A DNA stretch of 61,394 nt from Candidatus Methanophagales archaeon (GTDB lineage: Archaea; Halobacteriota; Syntropharchaeia; Alkanophagales; Methanospirareceae): assembly GCA_025435355.1 (NCBI GenBank), contig JANJFQ010000001.1, positions 1 to 61,394 on the forward strand, written 5' to 3'. The position numbers and the translations under genes were made by a program. The first letter of the stretch is position 1. Each line of letters begins with the position of its first letter. Shown here one piece after another: positions 10,045 to 19,124 of this stretch. The notes beneath the pieces are model-generated. The model did not search any database, was not told the origin of the DNA, and saw only the letters and a program-made list of their open reading frames with translations.

Positions 10045-10926
10045 TCATAAATATTCCACCTCACCACTCGAATAAATTTTTACGGATGCTTTTCGAGCAG
10101 CCCAGCACTGGAAATTTATCGCAACAGGCAAACTTGTTATGTGCGTACCTGCGGTTTCTATATGCACGTCAAGCGCAGTTGTTTTCCCTCCCAAACCCAT
10201 AGGACCTATGCCCGTGTTGTTCACCGCAGCGAGAAGTTCTTCCTCAATTCTCGCTATCCTCACATCTTTGCTCCTCTCGCCTACGGGTCGAAGCAACGCT
10301 GCTTTCGCGAGCCACATCGCTATATCGGCAGAGCCACCCATACCAACACCAATGATTGTGGGCGGGCAAGGTTTCCCGGCAGCGTTGAGCACCGTCTCGA
10401 GAACAAACTTCTTTATCTCTTTCTCTGCTTCCTCTTCCGGCTTAGGAGTAAACATAGTAAAAGCACTGACGTTCTCCGAGCCTCCACCTTTTGGAAATGC
10501 GGTTATCTCAAGTCCGTCAATATCTGCGATTTTATAATTTATATACGGCATTCTATCACCTATGTTCGCTCCCTCGCCCTCTCTTGTTATCGCATCCACC
10601 ACGTTTGGGCGTAACGGGATTATCTTCGTGGCTTCCTTCACGCCCTCGCGTATGCCGCTCTCAACGTCGCCCAAGTTCATGCTTATGATGCCACTTTTGA
10701 GCTTCACGAAAAAAAGCGGGATGCCTGTATCCTGACATAAAGGTCTTTGCATTTCCTCCGCAAGCTTCACATTCTTGAGCATTGCCTTCAACTGCACCTT
10801 CGCTATTTCATTCTCTTCGCACTCGTATGCACGAACCAACGCCTCTTTCACATCGCCCGGAAGTGTTGTCTCTGCCCTCCTCAAAATAGTTATCGTTACT
10901 TCCGTAATCAATTCTTTCGTAATCAT
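10045..10926 (-). CDS. Fe-S fumarate hydratase class I alpha subunit (TtdA/FumA family)
   Basis: PLCQDTG, PKGGGSEN, KPCPP, GIGPMGLGG, CWAARK; start taken at MITKE. Confidence 0.9.
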   Translation of the reverse strand: MITKELITEVTITILRRAETTLPGDVKEALVRAYECEENEIAKVQLKAMLKNVKLAEEMQRPLCQDTGIPLFFVKLKSGIISMNLGDVESGIREGVKEATKIIPLRPNVVDAITREGEGANIGDRMPYINYKIADIDGLEITAFPKGGGSENVSAFTMFTPKPEEEAEKEIKKFVLETVLNAAGKPCPPTIIGVGMGGSADIAMWLAKAALLRPVGERSKDVRIARIEEELLAAVNNTGIGPMGLGGKTTALDVHIETAGTHITSLPVAINFQCWAARKASVKIYSSGEVEYL

Positions 10927-10936
10927 TTGGTAAAAA

Positions 10937-12835
10937 CTAAGCCAGCCACCCGTGTACAAGCATAGCGATCAAATATAAAGCGAAAAAGAGAAGCACCAGC
11001 AGCACCCCAGTCCCTATGCTCATTCTTTCCATTGGTTCTTCTACTGGTCGCATCTTTACCTCCTCCAGATCTCGCTCGTAATGCTTATATACTGGTTGTA
11101 TTACCAGGTTGAAAACGAAAACAAAAGGTTTCAACAGCGCTACACCTATCATGTCCATCATCATTCTTGTTCCTCGCAGTGGATTCTTGCTGAACTTGAC
11201 GAAAAAATCCGCTATTCTCAATACTATTTTCTCTACGGCAATCGCAAAACTCACTAATGGGCTCTCGCATAGCCATATGAATCCTCTACCAGCTTTTCTA
11301 TACAGATAATCTACGTCATTCGTTATCTTCTCATGAGGCGCAAAGAACCCTATCATGAAGAACAGAAAAACAGTCATCAGCACCAACTCTACTGTTCCTA
11401 AAGTGTGCCCGAGTTCGTATGCATGGTAATGTAACGCCGCCTCCTTATAAGGCAGTATTCCATAAAGCAACTTTGGGTATAATCCGATAACAATGCAAAG
11501 GAAAGCGGTAACGCACATTGGAACAAGCATTGGTAACGGCGCCTCCTTCGCTTCTATATTCTCATTTTTACTGAAAAAAGCAAAATAGGTGAGTTTTAAG
11601 AATGATATGAGTGTGCCTACTGAACCCAACATCAAAGCTAATTCTAAAATCCCCATTCCTCGTACCCCGTTTAAAGCTGCCTCGTGTGCCGCGTGAATTA
11701 TCATACCCTTGCTCACATATCCATTAAAGCCTATAACGCCGGAGATGGAAAGCGCCGCTATCACGCACGTTATCATCGTTACGGGCATCTTCTTCGCCAG
11801 TCCTCCCAGTTCTGTGAGGTTGTTTTTTCCTGTTCTATATATCACTGCACCCATACACATGAACAGCGTTGTCTTGAACAACAGGTTGTTGAAAAGGTGT
11901 GCAATTGAACCGTTTATAGCTATCTCAGTTGCTACTCCGGCTGCCATTCCCACACCTGCTACCATATAGCCCAATTGACTCACAATGTGATAAGAAAGGA
12001 GTTTTCTCACATCGTTCTGTAATATCGCAAATATAACGCCGTAGAGACACATCGCTCCGCCCAGGTATGCTACCGCTTCTACACCCGAGAAGGTCCTCGC
12101 AAGCACGTATATACCCGTCTTCGTAGTGAATATGGACAAAAAAATGGTGCCTGCTATGGTTGCCTTCGGATACGAATCCGGCAGCCATGTATGCAGTGGA
12201 ATAAATGCTGCGTTTACTCCTATCCCTATAAGCAAAAGGAAATATCCTAGACCCGGCTTTACTGGTCCTACTGCGATAAGACCGGTGTTCATATAATGTA
12301 TTAGTATCCCGCCGAGAAGGGCACAACCACCAAACAGGTGAAACAGAATGTATCGCATTCCCGAATCTCTCGCTCTCCTCGAACCCTCGTACCATATCAA
12401 ACCAAGAGAAGAGAACGCCATCATCTCCCAGAATATGTACAGCGTGAAGAAATCTCCCGCGAATACCGCTCCCAACGCGCTTCCCATGTACAGCAACGCA
12501 CATATATGATGACCATTCTCTTTTACAGTAGATAGAGAATATATTATCGCCGACCCTCCCGCTATGGCAAATATATACCCCATTATAATGCTCAATCTAC
12601 CAAGATATCCACTCTCAACGTGTAAGAATGTCAGCTTCAATCCCGGCAGAACAGAAAATTCCCAGCCGGGTAGTGGTTGTCTTCCTATCAAAGCCACACT
12701 TATCAAACCAAGCGCTGCTAAAAGGATAAGGTAAACGTTCCTCACTCTACCTTTCCCAAAGAGAGGTATTAACACCGCACCAAAGATGAATATAAAAGCC
12801 GGTGGTATGTTCGGTACACTGCTTATATCAATCAT
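10937..12835 (-). CDS. Antiporter-like membrane subunit, MrpD family, 'D3' class
   Basis: FWEMMA, NAAFIPLHTWLPDSYP, LLSYHIVSQ, LGGL..KMP; long C-terminal helix plus TM tail. Confidence 0.9.
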   Translation of the reverse strand: MIDISSVPNIPPAFIFIFGAVLIPLFGKGRVRNVYLILLAALGLISVALIGRQPLPGWEFSVLPGLKLTFLHVESGYLGRLSIIMGYIFAIAGGSAIIYSLSTVKENGHHICALLYMGSALGAVFAGDFFTLYIFWEMMAFSSLGLIWYEGSRRARDSGMRYILFHLFGGCALLGGILIHYMNTGLIAVGPVKPGLGYFLLLIGIGVNAAFIPLHTWLPDSYPKATIAGTIFLSIFTTKTGIYVLARTFSGVEAVAYLGGAMCLYGVIFAILQNDVRKLLSYHIVSQLGYMVAGVGMAAGVATEIAINGSIAHLFNNLLFKTTLFMCMGAVIYRTGKNNLTELGGLAKKMPVTMITCVIAALSISGVIGFNGYVSKGMIIHAAHEAALNGVRGMGILELALMLGSVGTLISFLKLTYFAFFSKNENIEAKEAPLPMLVPMCVTAFLCIVIGLYPKLLYGILPYKEAALHYHAYELGHTLGTVELVLMTVFLFFMIGFFAPHEKITNDVDYLYRKAGRGFIWLCESPLVSFAIAVEKIVLRIADFFVKFSKNPLRGTRMMMDMIGVALLKPFVFVFNLVIQPVYKHYERDLEEVKMRPVEEPMERMSIGTGVLLVLLFFALYLIAMLVHGWLA

Positions 12836-13022
12836 CCTGCTTTCCTTCCTTTTGTATCAAAGACAATATCTTCGCCATTACCATGAAAAGTCCAACTCCT
12901 ATCGCACCGTATAGAAAGCCTGTAAACTGCTCCGATTGTCTCAAAAACACAAATATTGCTGATATCCCTAATACCACACACACCATCATCAGTAGCAATC
13001 CTTTCAGCACCTTTTTATCCAT
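12828..13022 (-). CDS. Small 2-TM protein coupled to the D3 gene (Mrp accessory subunit candidate)
   Basis: Two hydrophobic helices; stop overlaps the D3 start; C-terminus LIQKEGKQDD is similar to the WLQKEEDYYD paralogues. Confidence 0.7.
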   Translation of the reverse strand: MDKKVLKGLLLMMVCVVLGISAIFVFLRQSEQFTGFLYGAIGVGLFMVMAKILSLIQKEGKQDD

Positions 13023-13186
13023 CTTTCTTCTCCATCATCCCCCCTTCCGATGGCTTCATTACAAATTTTATGGTGTATATAAATAAATATAAGTATTTCT
13101 TAATTTTTTCTTTCGGAAGATAAGATTTTTAGATTACAGAAGTATATCTTAACTGAACACATACCCTAAATAAAAAGAGAAAAGAG

Positions 13187-13612
13187 GTGAAAGAAGAAGC
13201 GATGGCGGCGGAATTATTATTAGAAGTTAGGGATGTAATGACCTATCCAGCTATCACTGAAGATGAAGACGCTTCGGTTGCTATAATATCGAAGGACATG
13301 AAATTGTCGAGAATAGGGAGTGTGGTCATAACAAAAGAAGATAAACCCGTAGGGATAATCACTGACCATGACATAGTGGTAAAAGTTATAATGAAGGATA
13401 GAAACCCAAGTAAGGTAAAAGCGGAAGAAATAATGTCCTCCCCTTTGGTGACCATCGAGGCAGATGCATCTCTTATGGGTGCATGCAAACTCTTGGCAGA
13501 GAAGGGCATAAGAAGACTACCTGTGACTGAGGATGATGCGCTCGTGGGCATCGTAAGTGTTAGAAATATACTGACAAGAGAGCCAGAGCATGTAAGAAAA
13601 TATTTATTTTAA
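13187..13612 (+). CDS. CBS domain pair protein
   Basis: VRDVMT, IGSVVI, VGIITDHDI, IMSSPLVTI, IRRLPV. Confidence 0.92.
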   Translation: MKEEAMAAELLLEVRDVMTYPAITEDEDASVAIISKDMKLSRIGSVVITKEDKPVGIITDHDIVVKVIMKDRNPSKVKAEEIMSSPLVTIEADASLMGACKLLAEKGIRRLPVTEDDALVGIVSVRNILTREPEHVRKYLF

Positions 13613-13713
13613 TCCCGAGGAATTTAGCAATAGGATTCGGTAAATCGTCCAGCAAAAATCAAAAGTTATTAATACTCTAAAACCTTATAAACATAAGGGG
13701 GTGATGTAAAAAA

Positions 13714-13959
13714 ATGTTGTTTATGACGTGCGTGAGAGTCAATCCGGGCATGGTGGAGAACGCGAGAAAATTCGGTGACAGGATACTTAAAGAGCCGCCC
13801 AAGGGCGTCAAGTTCCTGCAGGTTTATCATACGCTGGGTAGGTATGATGCGATATGGATTTACGAGGCGGAAGACGCAAAAGTGATTGAAGATTTCCTTC
13901 ATCAAAGCCGGGATGTCTCAACAACCGAAACCTGGGTTGCGTTTGCAAGGGAGATGTAG
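13714..13959 (+). CDS. GYD-domain (ferredoxin-like fold) small protein
   Basis: YHTLGRYDAI motif and C-terminal TTETWVAF. Confidence 0.7.
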   Translation: MLFMTCVRVNPGMVENARKFGDRILKEPPKGVKFLQVYHTLGRYDAIWIYEAEDAKVIEDFLHQSRDVSTTETWVAFAREM

Positions 13960-14022
13960 GTAAGGGGTCTGTCGCCAGCCCCCTCCCTTTTTATTTTTTA
14001 AAAACTTGCCTATTGGTTCCGA

Positions 14023-15855
14023 TTACAACCACAGCAGCCCATGCGTCAGATAAATAATCAGATAGAGCGTGAAAAACACGAGTGCCAGCAACACCCCTGT
14101 TCCTATCGCCACTCTCGGCACTTCTCCCGGATACACCTTCTTGAGCTCCTCCAAATCCCGCTCATATCGCATATACGCGGGATTGAAAGGTCTCATTACC
14201 ACTGCACCCACCATAGCCACCATTATTCTTGACGCCGCCGTTGGGTTCCTGCTGAACCATACGAAAGAATCAGCAATTCTAAGCAATCCTTTATCAATGA
14301 AATTCGCAACTGTCACTAATGGCTGCTCGCAGAACCATATAAACCCTCTCCCTGCCTTCCTGTATAGGTGGTCTATATCATACGTTATTCTTTCATGTGG
14401 TGTAAGTACGATTTTCATTATGAAGAACATAAATGCAGTCATTATCAACAATTCCAGCGTGCCTATCGTATGCCCAAGTGCGTATGGATGAAAATGAACA
14501 ACTTCATAAGGTAGTATTCCGTAAAGCAGCTTTGGATACACACCAATAGCAACGCAAAGGAAAGCAGTAACGCTCATTGCGATTAGCATGGGCAGCGGTG
14601 CTTCTTTCGCTTTTATTTCATCATTTCGCTTGAAAAACGTGAAATAAGTGAGTTTTAAGAAAGACAGGAAAGTGCCTACTGAACCCATTATCAAAGCAAG
14701 TGCAAGGATATGCATCCCGTCCAGTTCCGCAGCTTGAATCACCATACTTTTGCTTATGTATCCGTTAAAGCCCATAACGCCTGAAATAGAAAGAGCTGCT
14801 ATCACGCACGTTATCATCGTCACCGGCATCTTCTTCGCTAATCCACCAAGTTCTGTAAGGTTGTTCCTTCCTGTCGCATATATCACTGCACCCATACACA
14901 TAAACAGCAGTGCCTTATACAAAATATGGTTGAAAACGTGTGCGATTCCTCCGTTTATCCCTATATAAGTCCCTATCCCTATACCAGCAACCATGTAGCC
15001 TACCTGACTCACAATATGGTAAGAAAGGAGTTTCCTTACATCGTTTTGCATCAGTGCAAACACAACACCATAGAGGCACATCGCTCCGCCTATGTATGCT
15101 ACCGCCTCTACACCAGGAAAAGTCCTCGCAAGCACATATACGCCCGTCTTTGTCGTATATACAGACAAAAATACAGCTCCTGCTATCGTTGCTTTTGGAT
15201 ATGAATCCGGTAACCAGGTATGCAGTGGAATAAATGCCACGTTCACACCTATTCCGATAAGCATAAGGAGATATCCTAAAATACCTGCTTCATTTATATT
15301 TATAGACGCCACCAGTACAGAACCTGTGTTCATGTAATGTATCAGTATTCCACCAAGAAGGGCACAACCACCAAACAAGTGAAACAGGATATATCGCATC
15401 CCCGCGTTTGTCGCCCTCTCTGTCCGGCTGTACCAGATTAACCCGAGCGAAGAGAAAGCCATTATCTCCCAGAAGATGTACAAAGTGAAGAAATCGCCGG
15501 CAAATACCACACCAAGGGCGCTTCCTAAATATAGCAATCCACATACAAACTCGCCGCTCTCTTTCACTATATTTACTGAATATAATATCGCAGCACCGCC
15601 TATCAGAGCAAATATGTAGCCCATTATAAGGCTCAAACTATCGGCATGCAAGAACGTCAGCTCAAATCCGGGGAGAACTGTAAATCCCCATGTTGTCTGT
15701 GGTTTTATTAAAGCTACACTGATTAACCCAAGCGCAGCTAAGACGATAAGATAAATCTTCCTCCCCTTTCCCTTTCCGAGCAAGGGTATTAATGCAGCTC
15801 CTGCAAGGTAAATAAGAGCAGGAGGCACATTCGGTATGCTACTTATATCAATCAT
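14023..15855 (-). CDS. Antiporter-like subunit, MrpD family, D3 class
   Basis: Close paralogue of 10937..12835; FWEIMA, PLHTWLPDSYP, AHVFNHILYKALLF. Confidence 0.9.
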   Translation of the reverse strand: MIDISSIPNVPPALIYLAGAALIPLLGKGKGRKIYLIVLAALGLISVALIKPQTTWGFTVLPGFELTFLHADSLSLIMGYIFALIGGAAILYSVNIVKESGEFVCGLLYLGSALGVVFAGDFFTLYIFWEIMAFSSLGLIWYSRTERATNAGMRYILFHLFGGCALLGGILIHYMNTGSVLVASININEAGILGYLLMLIGIGVNVAFIPLHTWLPDSYPKATIAGAVFLSVYTTKTGVYVLARTFPGVEAVAYIGGAMCLYGVVFALMQNDVRKLLSYHIVSQVGYMVAGIGIGTYIGINGGIAHVFNHILYKALLFMCMGAVIYATGRNNLTELGGLAKKMPVTMITCVIAALSISGVMGFNGYISKSMVIQAAELDGMHILALALIMGSVGTFLSFLKLTYFTFFKRNDEIKAKEAPLPMLIAMSVTAFLCVAIGVYPKLLYGILPYEVVHFHPYALGHTIGTLELLIMTAFMFFIMKIVLTPHERITYDIDHLYRKAGRGFIWFCEQPLVTVANFIDKGLLRIADSFVWFSRNPTAASRIMVAMVGAVVMRPFNPAYMRYERDLEELKKVYPGEVPRVAIGTGVLLALVFFTLYLIIYLTHGLLWL

Positions 15856-15904
15856 CCTGCTTACCCTCCTTTTGTATTAGTATCGGGCAACGCTTATCAT
15901 TTAC

Positions 15905-16171
15905 CTAAATCCACACGCCCATATATGTCCAAGAAATAACCAAATATGCCACAGCGAAAGCAAGCGAATAAAACAGCGCAGCCCCTATCGCTAAGGTTCG
16001 GGTATCTCCTATACATTCTTTTGACATTTCTAATCCCTTCGCATAGCCCATGCGAGCAGGACTAAACGGTCTCAGCACCGTCACACCCACTAAGTTTACC
16101 AGTATCTTCGTTGCAAGCGCCGGATTCTTCCCAAAACATCTCCACGAGCCCAAAATTTTTTTTATTCCCAT
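15905..16171 (-). CDS. Stand-alone micro-protein homologous to the D3 C-terminal tail
   Basis: KNPALATKILV...LRPF.P..M.Y...LE...AIG + TM aligns by eye with D3 tails; RBS (GGGGGTGA) and own BRE/TATA upstream. Confidence 0.75.
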   Translation of the reverse strand: MGIKKILGSWRCFGKNPALATKILVNLVGVTVLRPFSPARMGYAKGLEMSKECIGDTRTLAIGAALFYSLAFAVAYLVISWTYMGVWI

Positions 16172-16203
16172 GTCCTTTCACCCCCTATTTTTCATCACCC
16201 CTT

Positions 16204-16275
16204 CGGGACACCTTCTTCACCTTCGCTTTTTGTTCCCCTTTAGCCACCTTTTTCACTTGTATCACAAGTGTCCCC
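16204..16275 (-). promoter_or_regulatory. Putative structured 5' leader (copy 1)
   Basis: GGGACACUU...AGGUGUCCC closing stem; paralogous to 18930..18993. Confidence 0.4.
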
Positions 16276-16295
16276 TATACACTATATGTAACATG

Positions 16296-16313
16296 AGTAT
16301 TAAAAAGGTTTTC
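16296..16313 (-). promoter_or_regulatory. BRE/TATA promoter for the micro-protein/D3 unit
   Basis: Minus strand CGAAAA-CCTTTTTAATA; equivalent CGAAAG-TTTTATAA at about 19018-19031. Confidence 0.55.
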
Positions 16314-16317
16314 GATT

Positions 16318-16361
16318 ATGGCACGTCGTGCCACCGGTGCCACCCGTGTCACCAATGGCAC
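16318..16361. repeat. 9-bp-phased GTGnCAC direct repeats (putative operator array)
   Basis: atggcac gtc gtgccaccg gtgccaccc gtgtcacca atggcac. Confidence 0.7.
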
Positions 16362-16394
16362 AAAGATAAGAAAAACATTAGCGAGTTCCTATAC

Positions 16395-16475
16395 TTGTTT
16401 ACTGCTGAACCTGCCGAAAACACAGAGAGCCTGGAAAATCATTTACTGGATCTCCGCGATCTCGGCGGTAAACAA
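16395..16475. repeat. Intergenic imperfect palindromic (REP/MITE-like) element
   Basis: TTGTTTACTGCTGA...TCGGCGGTAAACAA termini; shares GATCTCGGCGGTAAACAAA with 51099..51206. Confidence 0.7.
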
Positions 16476-16506
16476 ATACAAATTTTCCATTGGCTATTGG
16501 CTCCAA

Positions 16507-18315
16507 TTACGCCCATAGCACCCCGTACGTCAGATACATAAACAGGTATAGCGTGAAAAACATGATTACCAGCAGCACGCCTGTTCCAATCGCCACCCTG
16601 TGCACCTCTCCGGGATACAACCTCCTGAGCTCCTCTAAATCTTGCTCATATCGCATATACCCTGGATTAAATGGTTTCAAAAGCACCATGCTTGCCGTAA
16701 GCACCATTATTCGTGAGGCTACTGCCGGGTTCTTGCTGAACCAAACGAAGGAATCAGCAATTCTCAACAGGGTTTTGTCAATGGAATCCGCAAAATTTAA
16801 CAACGGTTTCTCGCAGAACCATATAAATTTCTTCCCCGCTATTCGATAGAACCAGTCGGTATCAAGCGTGATTGTTCGTTCCCCGCGAAGCATCCCTTTC
16901 AGCATCCAAAATGCTAAAAATGTAAACAGAAGTAGTTGACTCATTCCTATTACATGCGATGCGGTGTAAGGAGCATAATCAACTGCATAAGGAAGCATCT
17001 TGTAAAGGGCTTGTGGATACACGCCGATAAATACGCAAAGAAAAGCAGTAACACCCATCGCTGCGAGCATATTTTTAGGTGGCTCTCTTGCCTCAACGAC
17101 CGACTTCTTTCTCCCAAACCATGTAAGATATGGGAGTTTTAGACATGTGACGAGGAATGTTCCTATTGCAGCTCCTTCGAGCAACAACCATACAATGGGC
17201 AGATGTGCCGCCGCTTCCACAACCATTGTTTTACTCACAAATCCACTGAACAGAGGGAATCCGGAAATGGAGAAAGCGCCAATCATGTAAAGCCCGAAAG
17301 TGAGGGGCATGTATTTGTACATACCGCCCAATTCAGTGAACTTACTTCTCCCCGTCATCTCAAGCACTGCACCTGCACCCATGAATAGCAACGCCGTATA
17401 AAGAATGCAGCTTAAAGCATGTGCAGTTGAACCATTTATTGCCATCCCGATTCCTATTCCAACACCTGCTACCATGTATCCTCCCTGACCGATGATAGAA
17501 TAGGCGAGAAGTCTTCTTATATCATTCTCAAGCACAGCGAAAATAACTCCATACACTGCCATTATCGCTCCCAACCATATCAAAAGCTCAACACCCGGGA
17601 AACCCCGGATCAACACATATATCGCACTTTTTGTCGTGAACGCGGTCAAAAATACGGCTCCAGTAACCGTGGCTTCCGGGTAAGCATCAGACAACCAGGC
17701 ATGCAATGGAGGAACCGCGGCGTTTATAATAAAACCAACGAATATAAAGTAAGAGGACAAGTAACCCCAACCCGTTCCCCAACTAAAAGGGTTAAAAGCA
17801 ATGGAGCCTGTGTTTTGCATGTGTAAAATAATGCCTGCTAATAGGCATATACCACCAAAAATATGCACCATGATATATCGGAATCCCGCTTCAGAAGATG
17901 CCTTCGTCTTGCGATACCAGATAAGGAAAAGCGAAGAAAAAGCCATCACTTCCCAAAATAAGTACAGAGTAAAAAGGTCCCCTGCGAAAACTATTCCCAG
18001 TGCGCTTCCAACGTAGAGGAAGGCAGATATATGTTGCCCGTCCTCTTTTACATGCAGTGCATAAAGAGTGGCACAAAAAGCTACAATAACAAATATATAA
18101 CCGAAAACCAAACTCAATTGGTCAACCCTGCCAAAAACGAGCTCATATTCCAAAAGAGGAATACTCCAGAATACACCTTCCGACATATACAGAAGGTCTA
18201 TAAGCGCCGCTATCGGCAACAGAAGCAGATATATCTTTTTCCAGTTTCCTTTTAGGACCGGTATTAGAAGAGCGCCTAAGATAAATATAAGTCCCGGATG
18301 CAGCCACTCAATCAT
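16507..18315 (-). CDS. Antiporter-like subunit, D3 class, with degenerate polar residues
   Basis: MIEWLHPG start overlapping the small gene; NAAVPPLHAWL; YSII, ALSCILYTALL and FLVTCLK replace His/Lys found in paralogues. Confidence 0.9.
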   Translation of the reverse strand: MIEWLHPGLIFILGALLIPVLKGNWKKIYLLLLPIAALIDLLYMSEGVFWSIPLLEYELVFGRVDQLSLVFGYIFVIVAFCATLYALHVKEDGQHISAFLYVGSALGIVFAGDLFTLYLFWEVMAFSSLFLIWYRKTKASSEAGFRYIMVHIFGGICLLAGIILHMQNTGSIAFNPFSWGTGWGYLSSYFIFVGFIINAAVPPLHAWLSDAYPEATVTGAVFLTAFTTKSAIYVLIRGFPGVELLIWLGAIMAVYGVIFAVLENDIRRLLAYSIIGQGGYMVAGVGIGIGMAINGSTAHALSCILYTALLFMGAGAVLEMTGRSKFTELGGMYKYMPLTFGLYMIGAFSISGFPLFSGFVSKTMVVEAAAHLPIVWLLLEGAAIGTFLVTCLKLPYLTWFGRKKSVVEAREPPKNMLAAMGVTAFLCVFIGVYPQALYKMLPYAVDYAPYTASHVIGMSQLLLFTFLAFWMLKGMLRGERTITLDTDWFYRIAGKKFIWFCEKPLLNFADSIDKTLLRIADSFVWFSKNPAVASRIMVLTASMVLLKPFNPGYMRYEQDLEELRRLYPGEVHRVAIGTGVLLVIMFFTLYLFMYLTYGVLWA

Positions 18316-18538
18316 AATAATCCTCCCCCCTTTGAAGCCAGTGATGCCCCAGGGCTTTTGAGACAACGATGATCAGAATACAGCCAATAAACCCACATAT
18401 TGCACTAAATCCCGGGATTGCCTGCCATAAGAAGGCAGCGTGAGCATGCTCGTGGAAATTAACGAGCACACCAGCTAATACAGTCACCGCAAGGCATACA
18501 TAAAGCATACAAACCAAATACTTCTTTTCTATCCCCAC
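18308..18538 (-). CDS. Small 2-TM Mrp-cassette protein
   Basis: F.W..IPGFSAI.GFIGC....VSKALGHHWLQR.EDYYD; paralogue of 25857 and 38278. Confidence 0.85.
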   Translation of the reverse strand: MGIEKKYLVCMLYVCLAVTVLAGVLVNFHEHAHAAFLWQAIPGFSAICGFIGCILIIVVSKALGHHWLQRGEDYYD

Positions 18539-18618
18539 TTCATACGACCTCCAAATTTACAACTAACCTGTTATTCGCAACCTCTGCAAACCTTTTCGCC
18601 TCCGCTTTTTATTTTTAC

Positions 18619-18894
18619 CTAAACCCACGCCTTCCCATACGTCAGATAAAGGAACAAATACATCATGCTGAAGGCAAGCGACATCATTACCACAGTCCAA
18701 ATCGTCAAGCCTTGGAGCTGTTCTTCGGGGCATCTACCCTTCATCGCTTCTTCTAAATCACGCTCATAGCGCACATACGTATGATTAAATGGTTTCAGCA
18801 GTGTCGCTCCTACCACGTCTATCAATATCCTTGTTGCAAGTGCCGGATTTTTGCTAAGACATCTCCACGGGCCAAAAATATTTTTTATTCTCAT
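18619..18894 (-). CDS. Stand-alone micro-protein homologous to the D3 C-terminal tail
   Basis: SKNPALATRIL...LLKPFNHTYVRYERDLEE...YLFLYLTYG closely matches the 16507 D3 tail (SKNPAVASRIM...LLKPFNPGYMRYEQDLEE...YLFMYLTYG). Confidence 0.8.
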   Translation of the reverse strand: MRIKNIFGPWRCLSKNPALATRILIDVVGATLLKPFNHTYVRYERDLEEAMKGRCPEEQLQGLTIWTVVMMSLAFSMMYLFLYLTYGKAWV

Positions 18895-18929
18895 TTCCTT
18901 TTTCCTTCACCTCCTACTTTTATCCTTCT

Positions 18930-18993
18930 GAGGACACCGCCTTACTTGCACCTCGCTTTTCTCCCCCGTGACTTTGGTGTCACCAGTGTCCCC
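18930..18993 (-). promoter_or_regulatory. Putative structured 5' leader (copy 2)
   Basis: GGGGACACUG/CGGUGUCCUC 10-bp stem with inner GUGAC-accaaa-GUCAC hairpin. Confidence 0.4.
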
Positions 18994-19124
18994 AATTAAT
19001 TATATGTCACAGGTGCCTTATAAAACTTTCGGTTTCGCGCAAAGAAACATCGAGGATGTAAAAATCGAAATGTATTTATATACCCTCTATAAATAGGTGA
19101 TAATTGTAGAGTCTTCAGATAAAG

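Noticed and set aside
1..12835. DabAB/MpsAB-type inorganic carbon pump (CA plus NuoL-like subunit)
   Set aside because: The CA is an ordinary beta-CA with a surface anchor about 10 kb away, not a DabA-like protein adjacent to the membrane subunit.
16185..16265. 26-aa basic minus-strand ORF (MIQVKKVAKGEQKAKVKKVSRRGDEK) as a leader peptide
   Set aside because: The frame is not conserved in the paralogous leader at 18900-18990; nucleotide structure explains the conservation better.
16318..16361. Short repeats as a CRISPR array (also 51107-51135)
   Set aside because: 9-bp units without spacers, and no cas genes.
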